DNA of 64,000 bases, taken from the NCBI RefSeq assembly GCF_009914755.1, contig NC_060933.1. One strand, 5' to 3'. Both the position numbers and the translations under genes were made by a program. The notes beneath the pieces are model-generated. The model ran no database searches and was not told where the DNA came from. It saw only the letters and a list, made by a program, of their open reading frames with translations. This DNA is from the human T2T-CHM13v2.0 reference genome, Homo sapiens. Positions 26,931 through 42,188 of this stretch are shown here, in pieces (the first letter of the stretch is position 1; the number at the start of each line of letters is the position of its first letter).

Positions 26931-29843
26931 CACTAGAGATCTTCTCATATACTCACGTAGTCAAAGCAAAGATGTTTTCTCTTTGCAAATCACTTTTTCT
27001 TATTGCTTCAGTTACACTGCTATTTTTTCGTCCACCAAATGGTTAAAGTTACTTCTCTCATCTGAATAATTACATCGTTTTCTAAAACACTTTTTTAAAG
27101 GAGCATGATGTACAATCATCCCCTAAAAATTTCCTTTTCTGTATAACATTATTTTAATAATACAAAAATTGTTAATAATGTTGAGTTTCACCAAATGTAA
27201 TTTTAAAAACAAAGAACAACAACAAAATAAAATGTTCAAGAGTAAAATTATGATCCTTAATGTGATAACAACACTAGAGGTACGTCTGTTTACTGTTCAA
27301 GCAATCACTGCCAGGAAGACATAGACACAGTCAGGGAAGGAATTTTCTAAACATCAGAGGCTAAACAACAGTTGCTTTTCATTGGTTGGTAAAGAATAGG
27401 ACTGGGTCCAATATTCAAGCTTAATCCACCAGATAATACTCAAACATTTCCCATAAGAACTGTCAAGAACATAGTAATCTCATAATGTCACTGCTATGAA
27501 AACCATTTAAAAAAAAGCAAAAGACAACAAAAAAACTAACTATGCTAATAAACTAAAAAAACAAAGTAGCTGCAGACTGCTTCACAATAATGGACTCAAA
27601 GCCTGGCTCATATACAACAATGAAGTACAATACATAAATAATTATTATGCAACTTGTAAATTACTACTGTACTTTCTAGTCACTGCACAAATAGAATTTA
27701 TTCTACCACACTCTTGCTTCATGTCTGTTCCTAGAAGGCCAGAGTTGATGCCCAATAGAAGTATCAAATGCCTACAGACTTGGAATAAAGTTGATTCCCT
27801 TAAACGATGATAATATAACCAGCCTCTCGATACTCAGGACACTGACCTTGCTGCAGCTGCTTTTGATTTCCAAGTGTCGGCTGGGAGTGTCTTTTTCGGT
27901 CTCTTGGCTCCTAAACTTATGATTTATCTTTCTGAAGCCCTCGACACCATTTCTATAACACTCTAATTATTGGACTGATTTGAACAAAAGATTCTTCAGT
28001 AATTTTGGCTTAAAACCACATAGAAATTTTTATAATAAGAAATGTGTAAAGAAAATTGGAGAAGATTTGAAGTGATGAAAGAGTTTATATCTGTTATGAT
28101 CTAAACAGAACACCCTGGAAATTAGCTTGTGTAGATATTAATGTTCAAATGCAACTATGAATACTTACATTTTCAATGACTAGCTGACCCACAATTAATA
28201 TTCATTATGTGAAGCCAATTACTCTCAAGGTATTGCTGTTAATATAAATGGACCTACCCTATCTTGTCATTCTGTTCCTATACACGAGTCTCCTCATCCA
28301 TATACTACAAGGCTCGGTCTACCACCAAAAGACTCTGCCTTCATTCGGCGGAGACCCTGAGAGACACCCTTGTATTCCATCCTAATTTGTTTTTTCCCAC
28401 ATACAGCCCCCTCTCTGATCTAGCTATTTGCTTAAGAAAATAGTGCCCTATAAGCAGTTTGACCAACGAGGGGAAAAAAAAGCAGACCAAAGGGCATCCT
28501 ATGACTATAATGTAATGAGGGCAATTTTCTCCCACAGCTACTAAGCTGGTTTTGAAGACAGCATCCACAGAAAGCACTTGAAAGAAACACACTCTTTTGC
28601 AAAAAATATGTTTTAATATATCTATTCCAAATCTCATCAAGACTTGAATATTTTTAAATAGCTAACAGGTAAAAGGGAGTAGTGTTCTAAATATTGGAGG
28701 ACTTTATTACATATGTCCACATCCAGGAGTAAACTAGAGTAACTTAATGCTATGAATCCAACAAAGAGCTGTCAGCCTAGTACACCAACCCATCAAGCCA
28801 AAGCTTTAAGGCTACTTGACACTATAAAGTAATGGCATGAGAAATGGCCGGGGGGTGGGAACTGAATGAATGAATGAAAAATCCATTGGCTTAAGAGTTG
28901 ATTCATGCATTTTAAAGGTCAGTGTGATTTATACAACTTTAAAGGCTCAAGGTGAAGTTATTTGTGATGGGATGGCAGCTCTAGTAGGAAACTCAAATAC
29001 AGCAGAAATGTCAGCCACTTGACTGTTAACGACTGTGCTTTCTGCAGTAAATTTCTACAATGTGAAAGAGGGTAGCCAAACAGGTATCTCTCAATAATTC
29101 ACCTAAAAAGACTTATCCCATCCCCTAACTCTTAACAACTTTTCACAAAGATACCCATCAAATCTCCCCTCTTGGAAGCTGTCCTGCACTTTATCTTAAT
29201 GGTATAATTTCAAATTCTGATCTGCTGCATGAAAAAGAAGGCATAAATCAGCTTCAGTTAAGAAATATTTAAAATTTTGTTAACATATAAAGTTTCATAC
29301 AACTGTCTACTATTAGGCAGCTGTATTGAAATAAGTCATGTATATATGAAGGACAATTCAACAGGATCAGAAATATATTATTTATAGCTGATTAAATATG
29401 GTATTTGGTGCATTTGTTTAAAACAAAACAAAACCTGGTTCAGGTCCCCGGGTCAGGAATGGAAGCTCCTCATTCTCACATTGGTTTTATGGGAAAAATC
29501 ACATTTGACTTCCATTACACTGATTTACATTACCTAGCTATACCAGGATTTGGCACAATTTAAATACAAGAGCTTTTTACACACCAAAGTTGAGTCCTCC
29601 TCCAAAATACACACAATATTTCATTTCAATAGGTTGAAGGGAGAATATCAGTAAAGCTATTGGTCAGTGTGTTATTTCAGTTAGCAACAAAATTGTCCTA
29701 CTGAAACAAACTATGCGTTTCACTGATACATGTTTTTCTAAATAGCAAATATGATAATGCTACCTAAAAGTTTTCCCAGTTATTCCAAACTTATTTATTT
29801 GATTCAAAAACAGGAAAATTATTGTCTCAACATTAATGCGCTG

Positions 29844-29941
29844 TTTTTTTTGTGTATTTTTTTTTAAGAGATAGGGTCACATTCTGTCACCCAGGCTGGA
29901 GTGCAGTCACGCAATCATAGTTCACAGTAAACCTCAAACTC
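29844..29941 (-). mobile_element. 5'-truncated Alu (AluJ-like)
   Basis: T-rich tail followed by gagatagggtcacattctgtcacccaggctggagtgcag. Confidence 0.85.
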
Positions 29942-32424
29942 TATTTGGTGAAGATATTTCTAGATAAAATGCCATGTGATAAATATGGTTAATGAAACAG
30001 GAGGAGAAATAGTACTTGAGCAATGCATACACTCTTCAGATTTTGTGCCATCTTCCTACAAGACTCAAAGCAGGTCAGCAGGTTTGTTTTTTAAGCAAGT
30101 TAGAGTGACCCAAATCAGAGAAATACTTGTATACAGAGACCCTGAGACAGCAACTTCACTTTAATCGGGAGTTAAATATACTGTCTAACAAAGGTATCTC
30201 ATAGATTTCAGCATGCCTTATCCACATGTTCCCTGTTCATTACAGTGTGTAAATTTAAGTTATATCAGTCACTTGTAAAATACTGCCAAAAAATTTATAT
30301 CCTTAAAACAAATAAGTAATGTCAACTTAATTCAAAAATAAATGGTAATACATACAATTATAAATCAGAAACCAAACAAAAGCTTATAAAATTACACCAG
30401 AGGCTCTATAAATCATATGGTACCTGGTTGAGATTCCTTGGAAATGCCAATGAAAACCAACCTTCTAAGGATTTAAAATGAAAAACTTTTTACATTTGAA
30501 GACAGTATTTTATCTTGAATCCCTTGAAGTCCATCTTAAGTGGAGTATTCATCCTAAAGACTGACATTTTCATTGAATTCTCAATATTAAATAGAAATTG
30601 TTAAGAATGATTACAATCTAGAAAATTATCAACTAGCTAAAATGTCCTGATTTAAATTTATATCAATAACCATAGCATACGTTAAGGAATCTATCCTTTA
30701 AAACAAACAAGTCTTTTCCATCTGTGAATAAAGGCCAGGCTTTAAAACCTATGGTCTTTTGTTTTTTCCACCATGCTATAAACATGCTATAAATAGTTTG
30801 ACAGACAGTTTCACCTTTAATTGAACCAACTCTGACTAGAACAGGGATACGGACTTTTGTCTCCTCCCTTCTCTGGGGCCCAGTGGGATGAATGTCGGAG
30901 GGATTCCACACAAGCTTTAGATGTCTTGGACTTAGACCCTATTTGTTTTGGAACCATGGGTTCCTTTCTTATTAAATTCTTCTATTTGCCAGGAGAAAAC
31001 TGGAACAAAAATGAAAAAGTGTTGACTTTAAGGTTTGCTCTATTTGTCATGATTGGAAATTTCAAGGCTCTTTTTTCTTTCTTTGTAAGGCAACACACTC
31101 TACAAGTTGCTTATGCCCTTTGTTTTTTAAAGTAGTATTTTAGAGAGAGGAGTGAAACAACTGGAGTCTCTGTTTTATAATGGCATTTGACTAACAAACT
31201 CTGATGCAGCCTCTCTCACATCCCCAACTAAAAATCTTTGAAAGTAGACCCCAATAAGTTAAAACAAACTCTGCCACCTAAAACTGAAGCTGACAACCTA
31301 TCACCTTTATGTGAGCTTACTGTCCTAATGACCAGAAGGATGACAAAACTGGATAGGGAAAATTTTAAATTAATAAATAAATAAATAGCCCTCCTCTCCT
31401 ATATGCTCTGGGGCCCAGGAAGAGTCACACAACTTCTCCCTGGGACTTAGTTTCTTCTATAAAATAAAGGCTAGAGCTAGTGACCTTTCTGGCTCTACAG
31501 TTCTCCTATACTCCAGGGAGATACAGAGAGGGTGCACAGTATTATCAACCTAATCCCAATGGTATGAGTTATTTTTGCAAGCTCACTTCTACCCTAAAAT
31601 GAGATGACCAACACTGCTATAAAAGCAACAAAGAAAGTCCTAAAGAGAAGGAAATATTTTCTACGACTGTATGTTTCACAGATTAACCAATACTGGATTT
31701 AACAATTTAGGATTTCATTTTTAATTAGGTTGCAGAAGAAGCGCTGTTCCAGCCTTTGCAACTTCATCCTCTATTTACAGCTGCCAAAGTAAAAAGTACA
31801 ATAATTATCAGAGGTGGATCAAGAGAAACAAAGCCACCTTGAAATAACAAGTCCCCTAAACCCTGCCCTGGGGCTTAGTGTCGCTGTGTTTCAGGCATGA
31901 CAAGAACTTGGGTAGATCCTTTGCAACTGCTTGGTGATCACAGATTCTCGGTGGACTGGCAGTGGCTGCACTGAGAAGCTGCATCTTATTCCTCTACCTC
32001 TGCAGTCTCTTCTCAGATATGTTAATTGAAGTTAACACGGCATTCTTTGCATACACTAAGGCCTTTATAAACATTTCTGGCTTTCACTAAAGAGCTACAG
32101 TGAGGAGAAGAGATGTAAGTTCTGTGAAAAGAGTTGTTCTGTCTTGTTTAGCACTGTCCCTCAGTGACTAAAACAATACCTGGCACAGAAGAGATGCTCA
32201 CTAACCACAGACGGACTGACTAACATGCCTCTTGAAAGTAAGCCAGAAATATAACATAGAACATGGCTGGTGAACTGCAGAGTGAGACACTGTGCCCCGT
32301 CAAGGAACAACTCAACCAACTGATCGTAGTCTTATAAAGCCCTAAAAGCCTAGGTTCAAAGATGACCTCAGATATCTCTTGCTCTGCACATGATCACTAT
32401 AGTTAAGATGGAAGATATAGCTAT

Positions 32425-32600
32425 GGCAAGGTGAAAAGAGCACAGGACCGTGAATAAGATGACCTGGTTTAAATTCTAAATCCACTCCTTAATAGCTATG
32501 ACCCGGGGCAAGTCATTTTAACCTCGGAGCTTTCCTCGTGTTTAACAAGGGAGTTCTACTTCATAGTCTAGTTGGATTTAGAAAAGAGGCCATGTATAAG
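32425..32600 (+). mobile_element. MIR fragment
   Basis: gacctggtttaaattctaaatccactccttaatagctatgacccggggcaagtcattttaacctc. Confidence 0.65.
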
Positions 32601-33339
32601 AAATCACCTGGAGGGAAGGAGAGAAGGAGAGGAAGGGGAGAAAGGGAGGGAACTTCAGCAGAGGTGAAGTTCCATCTCCAGAAACTTCAACACGGAATTT
32701 TCCATAGAGGGCCTGGTGTACAATAGCAGCTGTGGGAATGCTCTTGAGAGACTTTACAAAGAATGAGATTGACAGGAACTGATGACAGTTTGGATTTGAA
32801 GGCTCTCAATTAAAGAGATCTTGGTCTGCCCTCATCTGGCAGGGCCTGAATTCCTTCTCTTATGTGATTCCCAACATGATGAATCTCTTTAATTAGAGAG
32901 GAGTGGGTAATTTGGAAAGAACGATTTAAAATGGTTTCCTTTACAAGTTTAAATGTTTCTAATATGACATAATCCTGCTGGCTGGTTTGTTTTTGTTTTT
33001 GTTGTTGAGGGGGTTCCTGGCTCTTTTTATGCTTTCAGGTTTCTTAGGAAAGTTGTTAACTGTGTACTTGTACCCCAAGGCAATTACTGTGAAGGGGTAT
33101 CTTTTAAGCACTAGAACTATTTCTCTAATTAATTTGCTTTTTATATTGTTAACTGCTGTTGGCCTCCCTTCACATCTAGAGCAACCCTTTTTTTTCTTAT
33201 AGCAAGAGGGAAAATGGGTGATTTCCTTTCCTTACTCTAAACAAATCCTGAAAAACTAGTTTATCAAATTAGGGTCCAGTTCTAAGCTGAGACCTTTTCC
33301 ATTTGACTCAAAGCAAGCTGTTCAGAGGAGAAAGGAGTA

Positions 33340-33500
33340 AGGCCTAGAGAAGTTGGGTACTATGGTTTCTAGTTCCAGCCTGCCACTAATTTCCTGGCCT
33401 GAGATTTCAGGTGAGTCAAAAATTTCCCATGACTCCGTTTCCTTAATCAGACATGAGTGATAGTATCTGTCCTAGCTTTCCTTCCTGGGATGCTGTGAAT
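33340..33500 (+). mobile_element. MIR fragment
   Basis: ggtttctagttccagcctgccactaatttcctgg...ctccgtttcctt. Confidence 0.5.
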
Positions 33501-35221
33501 AATACTTGTTTTTAAGTAAAAATATTCTATACATAATAAAAATCAACATTTGAAACATCATACAGATAACATTCATTTGTATATATAACCAAATTTGGAT
33601 AAAGACCATGAAATATTTTGCAGGGAAATAATGCATCACAATGGCTTATTTTCCATAACTCATAACAATGCCATGGTATATGTGATACAACAGCTGAGTT
33701 ATGTGAAAGTGTAAGTAGAAATTACCTAATGTCCATGCTCTGAACCATTGCAACAGAGAGTTCCCATGATGCCGAGTTATGCTTCTGGTATTACTGCAAT
33801 ATAAAATGTGACCATATCACAGCCTATAACAAGGTACAGTCCTTTCTACAAATACTAGAGGTATTCTATCTGCTCTCTTTCTTTGCCAAACCTCATATCC
33901 TTTCTGCCATTGACTTATTTCTGGAAAGCAGGTTTAAGGCAAAGAAGTAAGCAAAATAAAAGTAAAACATGAGAACTGAAAATCAAAAGTTTGCAGAAAG
34001 AACGCATGCTGTCTTCTTGAGAGCCAAACTGTAAACTACAAACTTGTTGGGGCTTCCTGAGCCTTTCTATTTCATTCCTTCATTTCAGGGGGCCTAAAAA
34101 TAAATGCATGAAATAGCTCTTTCATGGGCCCCAAGGCTTCCACTGCCTTATTCGTGGCTTCTTGCCTTTCATAGGAAGGCTTCCAGTTCTGGAAGTTTCT
34201 CTTCATGCAAACAGATCCACTTGAATAATTCCTGAGCTTGGATGAGCAAAGACAAATTTCCATATGCAAACTCAACAATGAAGAACTGACAGTTTCAGAT
34301 GGAGCCAGCCTGCTGTTGACCTATTTCAAAACTGCATCTGCAAAGAGGGTCAGGATTCCTTTTCCTCCACGTATTGGAGAGATAGCCTAGGTCTTCCGAG
34401 CTAGGCACTTCAGAGCAATTTTGCTCTTCAAGACAAAAGTATGCTTCTGTTCACCCTAATGGGATCATGAAGACAATCAATTAATATTCATAGAGCACTA
34501 ATGCACTGACTCACCGAACAAACCTTTGTACACTTTTGGAAGTGAGAAAGGGCCAACCACTGGGAACCCATTTATTTTAATATCTCAGAGGGCCTCATAT
34601 AATGATAGGTATATAGTAGATGCTCAGTTCTTTACTGACCACCTATAAAATGCTAGGCACTACAAACACAAAGATAGCTAGGTCAGAGGGACCTTATTCA
34701 AAGGAGAATAAAAGGCAAACCTATAAATAAATAAATTGTCATGAGAACTATAATTTTAAAAGTAATGGCGAAGCACGCACACACACAAAAAAGAGTCAGG
34801 ATCAGTTTCATAGGAGGTATTTAAGAGGTATCCCTAAAACTAGCCTTAAAAACTAAGTATTATTGGTAAAAATGTTATTTATGACAGGAACCTCAAGTAA
34901 AAGAGAAAACTAAGAATGGGCAAACTATTGCCAGTCCCACTAAAGCCAAGTTTTCCCTGATGAATTGTCTCAGAGCAGTGTTTGGGAACTGGAATATTAA
35001 TATACTTTTTCCTAATGATGGACTCACATATTACATGCAGACAGCTAAGAGTTATTTAATCTCCCATTAAGATTTTGGCCAAATCCTGATTTAATTTCCC
35101 GATCGCTGTCACAGGAGCAAACATTTTCCTATTTTCCTCAGGAACCTGAAGGACCTCAGACCAAAAACAATTTAAGAGATGCCTAAAGGGATGGCCTCAA
35201 GTTCTACAATTATCTGATATG

Positions 35222-35360
35222 CAGTTGGCGCTCCATATCGCAAGTCCCACACCCCAACATAAGGACGGCCAACTGTACTTGACTTGAGCATCTGTGGATT
35301 TTGCAATGAGGGGATGGGGGTTCCTAGAACCAACACCTCTCAGATACAAAGAGACAACTG
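35222..35360. mobile_element. Internally deleted MER2/MER2B Tigger MITE
   Basis: cagttggcgctccatatc start, internal ggccaactgta, then gacttgagcatctgtggattttg...cagatacaaagagacaactg. Confidence 0.6.
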
Positions 35361-35928
35361 TGACTGAGGAACCTACTGGGAGTTAGGAATCAAATAGCTC
35401 CCCACCCACTTCCACCCCCATAGTACCCTGTACATCCCCTTGCTCTGCTCCGTTCCGCCTACCATGCAGATCCTTCAATCAATGACATATCACCAGTTAA
35501 AACTCCCTTCCACTTCTTAGGAATGGAGCATTGGAGAAAATTCAGTTCCCTCACATATACTTGACAGAGGTTACAAGTTACTTACCAAAGTCAAAATTGT
35601 GCCTAAAAAGCTAAAACCACATTTTTTAAAAAAGTCAACTAGAAGAGGAATACCTTACTTAGCATTCAAGAACCAGCATTGCCACTGATTTTGGCTAAGA
35701 CCACACTAGTGGTCAGCTGGGTAGTAACAAATACAGAGAACCAAGGTCTCAAGAACATGCTGAAAAAATTAAGGAAATGTACTTCGAACTCAAGAGTCCT
35801 CTCCTACCTGTCTAGTTATAGAGACAAGGCACTTGTTTAGACATTATCTCCCAATCTAAGAAAGCCTGTCAAAAGCTAGACTCTTCATCCACATATTGTA
35901 TTTCCCTATATTAGTCACTCCTGAATTT

Positions 35929-36352
35929 TGTTAAATAAAAATTATAGGAGGCCATAGTTTTGGACTAAGTTCCTGCATTAGACCCAAACAAACCAGACCA
36001 AACCAAATGGAATCACACATTCTAAAAGTCCACAGACCAGTTTCAATCGGCATGACAATAAAGTTCCCTCTATCTTTAATCCTTACAACAAAATGTAACC
36101 TGATGTTAGCCAGTTATTTTTCTTCTGTTCTGCTTCCCTGTTCCCACCTTACAAGGAAAGTAACTTTGCAATGGTCATCCACTTTTTCCTTTTTTCTGCT
36201 TTCTTTAGCTCTTGTCTACAAAATCAATTTCCCCTTCTCGGGTCATTGGAACACTCATTCTACCTTATAAAATGAAGTGTTGCCCAATTCTAGAATGGCG
36301 AGTAAAATCAATTAAGATCTTTAAACTAGATTTTCAATTTTGTCTTTTGATA
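35929..36352 (+). mobile_element. ERV1 (MER4-group, LTR54-like) solo LTR
   Basis: tgttaaataaaaattataggaggccatagttttggact...aaccagaccaaaccaaatgga start; ends aattttgtcttttgata. Subfamily uncertain. Confidence 0.65.
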
Positions 36353-37012
36353 ATCTAAAAGGTGATATCCTATACAACACAACATATGCTACTAGGATTT
36401 CCTACCTAATACCAGCCAGGAGGTTTAATAATAGATTATCATAAAAATACAACATTCCAATAAGTCCTAAAGGAGAGAGTGAATAATACTAAGATAATTA
36501 GTATAAGAGGCATTAGCGGATTGTTTTCATTTCTTTTTTAATCCAAGAAGAGTTCAAATGAGTGTATATTTATTTCTTAGGTAAAAAATCTCTCCCATTA
36601 GAGGGAACACCCACACCTCTGTCCTTGCCATTTACTTATACCTGTTGTTTCTTACATAAATCATGAGTTTAACACATTACCCGATAACCTGTTAGGTGAC
36701 TTTTATATCCTAGAAACATATCTTCCACCCTCTTGTCCTAGCAGTCTATCCTCAATTTTCTTTGCTGATCTTAGGATTGTACAGTACTACTTACATGCTA
36801 AGAACTGAACTGACAAATGACAAGTGATTCTGGCTTCTCCAGGTGAAAAAAAAACAAACTGTGGAAAAGAAAAAGACAACTAGAGGCCAACTGTGAATCA
36901 TTTCAGACTCTTAAAAGCTAACTAGAAATCCCACACCCAGTAATCCATATTAACGCAATGATCAGAAATGCTCCATTACAAACCATCATGGATATTCATT
37001 ATATTACTACAA

Positions 37013-37365
<353 letters not shown>

Positions 37366-37480
37366 TAAAAGGAGAGAACCACCAGCAAACTGTTAATACC
37401 ATATTTTAAGTGTAAGATGCCCCTGAATGTAAGACTCAATATGACTTGATGTTACACTAACGAGATAACACAGTCAGTAA

Positions 37481-37797
<317 letters not shown>

Positions 37798-38712
37798 CAG
37801 TAAAACTCTTAATTTAGCATAGATTAGTAGATATATTCCACTTTCAGAGAGGTTAAAATGTAGATCTTAAAATATATAAAATACAATAGTGATATAACTA
37901 CAGGTGATTAATTATTTATGGGCACATGAACATATAATAAGAGATTTGGCTAAAGATAATGTGCACACAGAGGCAATCCAGTCAAGCCGGTAATGGAGAG
38001 AAATCTTACCAAATAAATTTTCCTACTAGTATCACTATATTTTCCATTTAGGTCTACTAAAAATTTTCATGAAAAAGTATTATCAGAAAACTGTAATACA
38101 TCCTTCACCATGCTCTCCAGCTTATTCTTTTAACTTTGCCCTACCTCTGACAGAACAATTGTTCTACCGTCATTACTACACTGCTGTAGTAATGCTGTAT
38201 TGGAGGAAGCTATCTATCGCCTAATTTTTCCTCAATTGCCACACTCAACTGTGTGCAGTTTATAGAACCAGAAATATTTATATACTTTTGGCTTTTACTC
38301 CCTCAACCCTATGAGATGCACCTACTACCCAACTATATGGGTAAACTTAACCCAAAAATTACTCCTTTTCTCTGGTCTGCCCCACCACATACCGCCATGA
38401 TTTCTCTGCATCTTCCTCCTAAGCCCAAAATTACCAATTTCTCCCCGGAATCCATGAAATTTGCTTCTTTGTCTCTCCCATTAGTCTGTAACCTGTAAAG
38501 TCTGTAAAAAGAACTGCCCTTCCCCCAAGACAGTACCAGTGCCTAATATGGTGCTTAACCCAAAGTATTCAAAATGTTTAATGAAATACTGAAAATAAAT
38601 CATGAACACAAGCACATGAACCAGAGAACAGTAATTATATAATCATAACCACATTTTGAACGCAGTTAAATATTTTCAAAAGATAAGGAGTATGTATGGT
38701 AAAGGTCTTTGA

Positions 38713-39163
<451 letters not shown>

Positions 39164-39510
39164 TAAAATTTCTTTTAATTGGTGAAAATCTCTTAGGGAA
39201 CTATAAATTTCATACATTATTTTGAGACCACTTTTGGCTAATTGGCTCCTAGAATGATTGCTATGTATGAAAACCTAAACAATATATCTTATTTTCGAAT
39301 AATTCATTTACTATAATATCACTACACTTGTTTATTTCTCACACGTTCCAAACATAAGAAGCCATGAAATGTCACCACCATAATAATATAATGCAGACAC
39401 TAAGCCAAGATGTTTTAAATCACATTTAAAAGGTACACAATACATTGGCAAGTTTTTTTAAAAAATCACTACATTTTCTGCTTTAAATCACTCAATTTTA
39501 ATAAAAGAAT

Positions 39511-39561
39511 ATACACATACACATATACACACGTGTGTGTGTGTGTGTGCATGTGTGTGTG
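39511..39561. repeat. (CA/TA)n-(TG)n compound microsatellite
   Basis: atacacatacacatatacacacgtgtgtgtgtgtgtgtgcatgtgtgtgtg. Confidence 0.9.
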
Positions 39562-41944
39562 ATGTGATTTAATACATAAAGACTGGAAAGCTATAAAACA
39601 AAACAGTGATTTCTTACCAGAAGCAAATTGGGGAATAAGGTGAAATTTTTACACTTTGAAAATAATAAATAAATCAGTATCATTAATTATAACAGGGTTG
39701 AGCAAACAGACTTCACGTGGTCTAAACCTTGTACTATATACATATAGCACTTCTTGAATAATGTCTAAATAGTGATAAAATAATAAGAATTTCCACACAG
39801 AGATGCATGTATTGTATTATTTTCAGCCATGAAGTAACACTTCACTCACACACGTTATAGTCAAGTCATCCATTTCCTGAAATAAAATTTGTATCTGTCA
39901 GTCACATGATAAACATTTTTTCTATTCTTTTAGCACTATTCTATACTTTCCCAGAAAGATTCTGGTTATAATACAAAAACATATAACCAGAAATAAGGTA
40001 ATATACAAAAATATATAGCTTTTCCTACATGGCAGCAATAACTGCTTTCTGGAATAACTATTTTCAAAATACAACAGAACAAAGGGCCCCATTTATAAAA
40101 GCAGCAAAAACTCAATGAACTCAAGAAACACAGGTTACCTATAAAGTTATATAACTTTACTGAGAGATATAAAATAAGACTTGAATAAATAAAAAGATAT
40201 AACATGATCTTAGACTGAAATGGTACACTATCACAAAAAGGCTAATTTTCTATACCTTTAACACAATTCCAACAAACATCCTATCCTCTACAGGCCAACA
40301 TTAAAGCATACTAACTGGCAAACCTCCAGAAAAAAGCAGCTAGTAATACATGAAATGATATTCCACCTCACGATTTTCTGAAAGATTAGCGAAAGTTTTT
40401 AAATAAGGTAAGGTTACACTCCTACAATGCAAATTGGTATCACCTCTTTGGAAGACACGTGGCAACAAATGTTTCCACTTATTCTCCAAGGGCCAGCTCT
40501 TGGTTAATATCTATGAGATTTAAACTGTCAGACAGACCTACTCTGCAGTATTGCATCGTTACTGTATTACAGCCTTATTTGCTCACTCTTTCAGTGGATG
40601 TCTAAGCCTCCATCAGCTTGTTTATTCTCCAAAAGCAAGGGACATAAATTTTATTATCTTTATATCAGTACTTGTTGATTAACAGAAAATTGTGCTAGGG
40701 GAATCTGGGAGGAAATGAAAACCCACACTCATGACATTTTATAATAATAAAATCACCTTAACTTCAGAAATGTTATAGGAATGCATTTGTGATTATCAAT
40801 TGTTGTGTGTTAAGATAACAAAATGCAATTATTAATCAGACTATAAAAAATCAATTATTTATCCATGTATTCATCTATGTTTATCACCTAGAATTATGGC
40901 AGAGAGGGCATTAGCTAAATAAAAAGGTCCTAAAGCTGCCGAATAAAAGTTGCGAAGCAGAGCTAGTTTAACATGAAAATATTCCTCACCTCATCTTTCA
41001 TTTCTTCTCCTGGTCTGCTAAATGTAAGGAGAAAAAAGGGTAAAAGTGCTCCTTATAAAGCAATGGACTCTGTTTACCTTTAATTCTAACTATCCAAGGC
41101 TAAAATCTTGCTGCTGTCTAGCAAAATCATAGGACTTTTGCTACTAGGATGAAATTCTATTTATGCCCAACATATGATTAAGTTATTTACAAAATAAATT
41201 AACAAATGCAGCTAGAAACCTGCCTCTGGAGAAGCTTATGGCCACTCGTAAGAGAAAAAACCTAACCTACTTTCAACCGGAGCCATGCTTTCCCATGTCA
41301 AACGTCAGAAAATTGTTTTATACTCCCTAATCAGTACTATTCATCACTTTCTTACAACAAGAAAGATGGCCATTTCCCTCTATTTTAGAAGGGTCCATCT
41401 GTACCAATAATTTAGTTATCAGACAACGTATCCACAATCCAAGTGGCACAATTTAGGAATAACTAATTCTTACCAAATTAATTTTAAAGCAACCTTGTGG
41501 TATGTGAGACATATTTATGTCAAAAATCAAGGCATTAGTGGTCTAAGAAAATAAGGGATTATTTCCATTGAATTCTAGTAGCCATAGACTAAACATTCAA
41601 GATGGTAAGTAAAAGATCTGAGGAAAACCAAACTGAAATTATATAGTATTTGAGAGAGATGAATATCAGTAAAACTCATAACTCAAAGTTCAAAGCTTTA
41701 TTTTTTTTCTTCAATGGCATAGCACCTCTGTTAAAGACAAGTTATATTCATATATTCCAAATGTTCAAATCCTGCACATTAAAAATAATCAAAAGTACAC
41801 AAGGCAGGTAAGGTTACTTACCTTTTTATTGTGCCTTAGGTGCAATAAATTAAATAAATTAAATCTGATACCCATAAACCAAATCTTCCTTGAAGGATAA
41901 GTGCTTTTGAGGTAAAGATTACAGAAACAAATTAATTAAGTCAC

Positions 41945-42188
41945 ATTAATAGAGACAGAAAGTAACAAAGTGGTTGCCAGGGGTCAGAAGGAGGGGGGAA
42001 TAGGGAATTACTACTTAATAGGTAGAAACTTCCAGCTTGGGGTAACAAAAAAGCTCTGAGGATGGATAGTGATAATGACTGTGCAACAATGTGAATATGC
42101 TTAATGACACTGAACTGTACACTTAAAAAATGGTGAAAATGGCAAATCTAATGTTATATATTTTTACCACAATAAAAAAGAAAAAAAC
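41945..42188 (+). mobile_element. L1MB 3' end
   Basis: atagagacagaaagta...gtggttgccagggg...cactgaactgtacacttaaaaaatgg...ccacaataaaaaa. Confidence 0.85.

Noticed and set aside
30391-30410. CTCF-like motif acaccagaggctct
   Set aside because: Too many mismatches to the core consensus to support from sequence alone.
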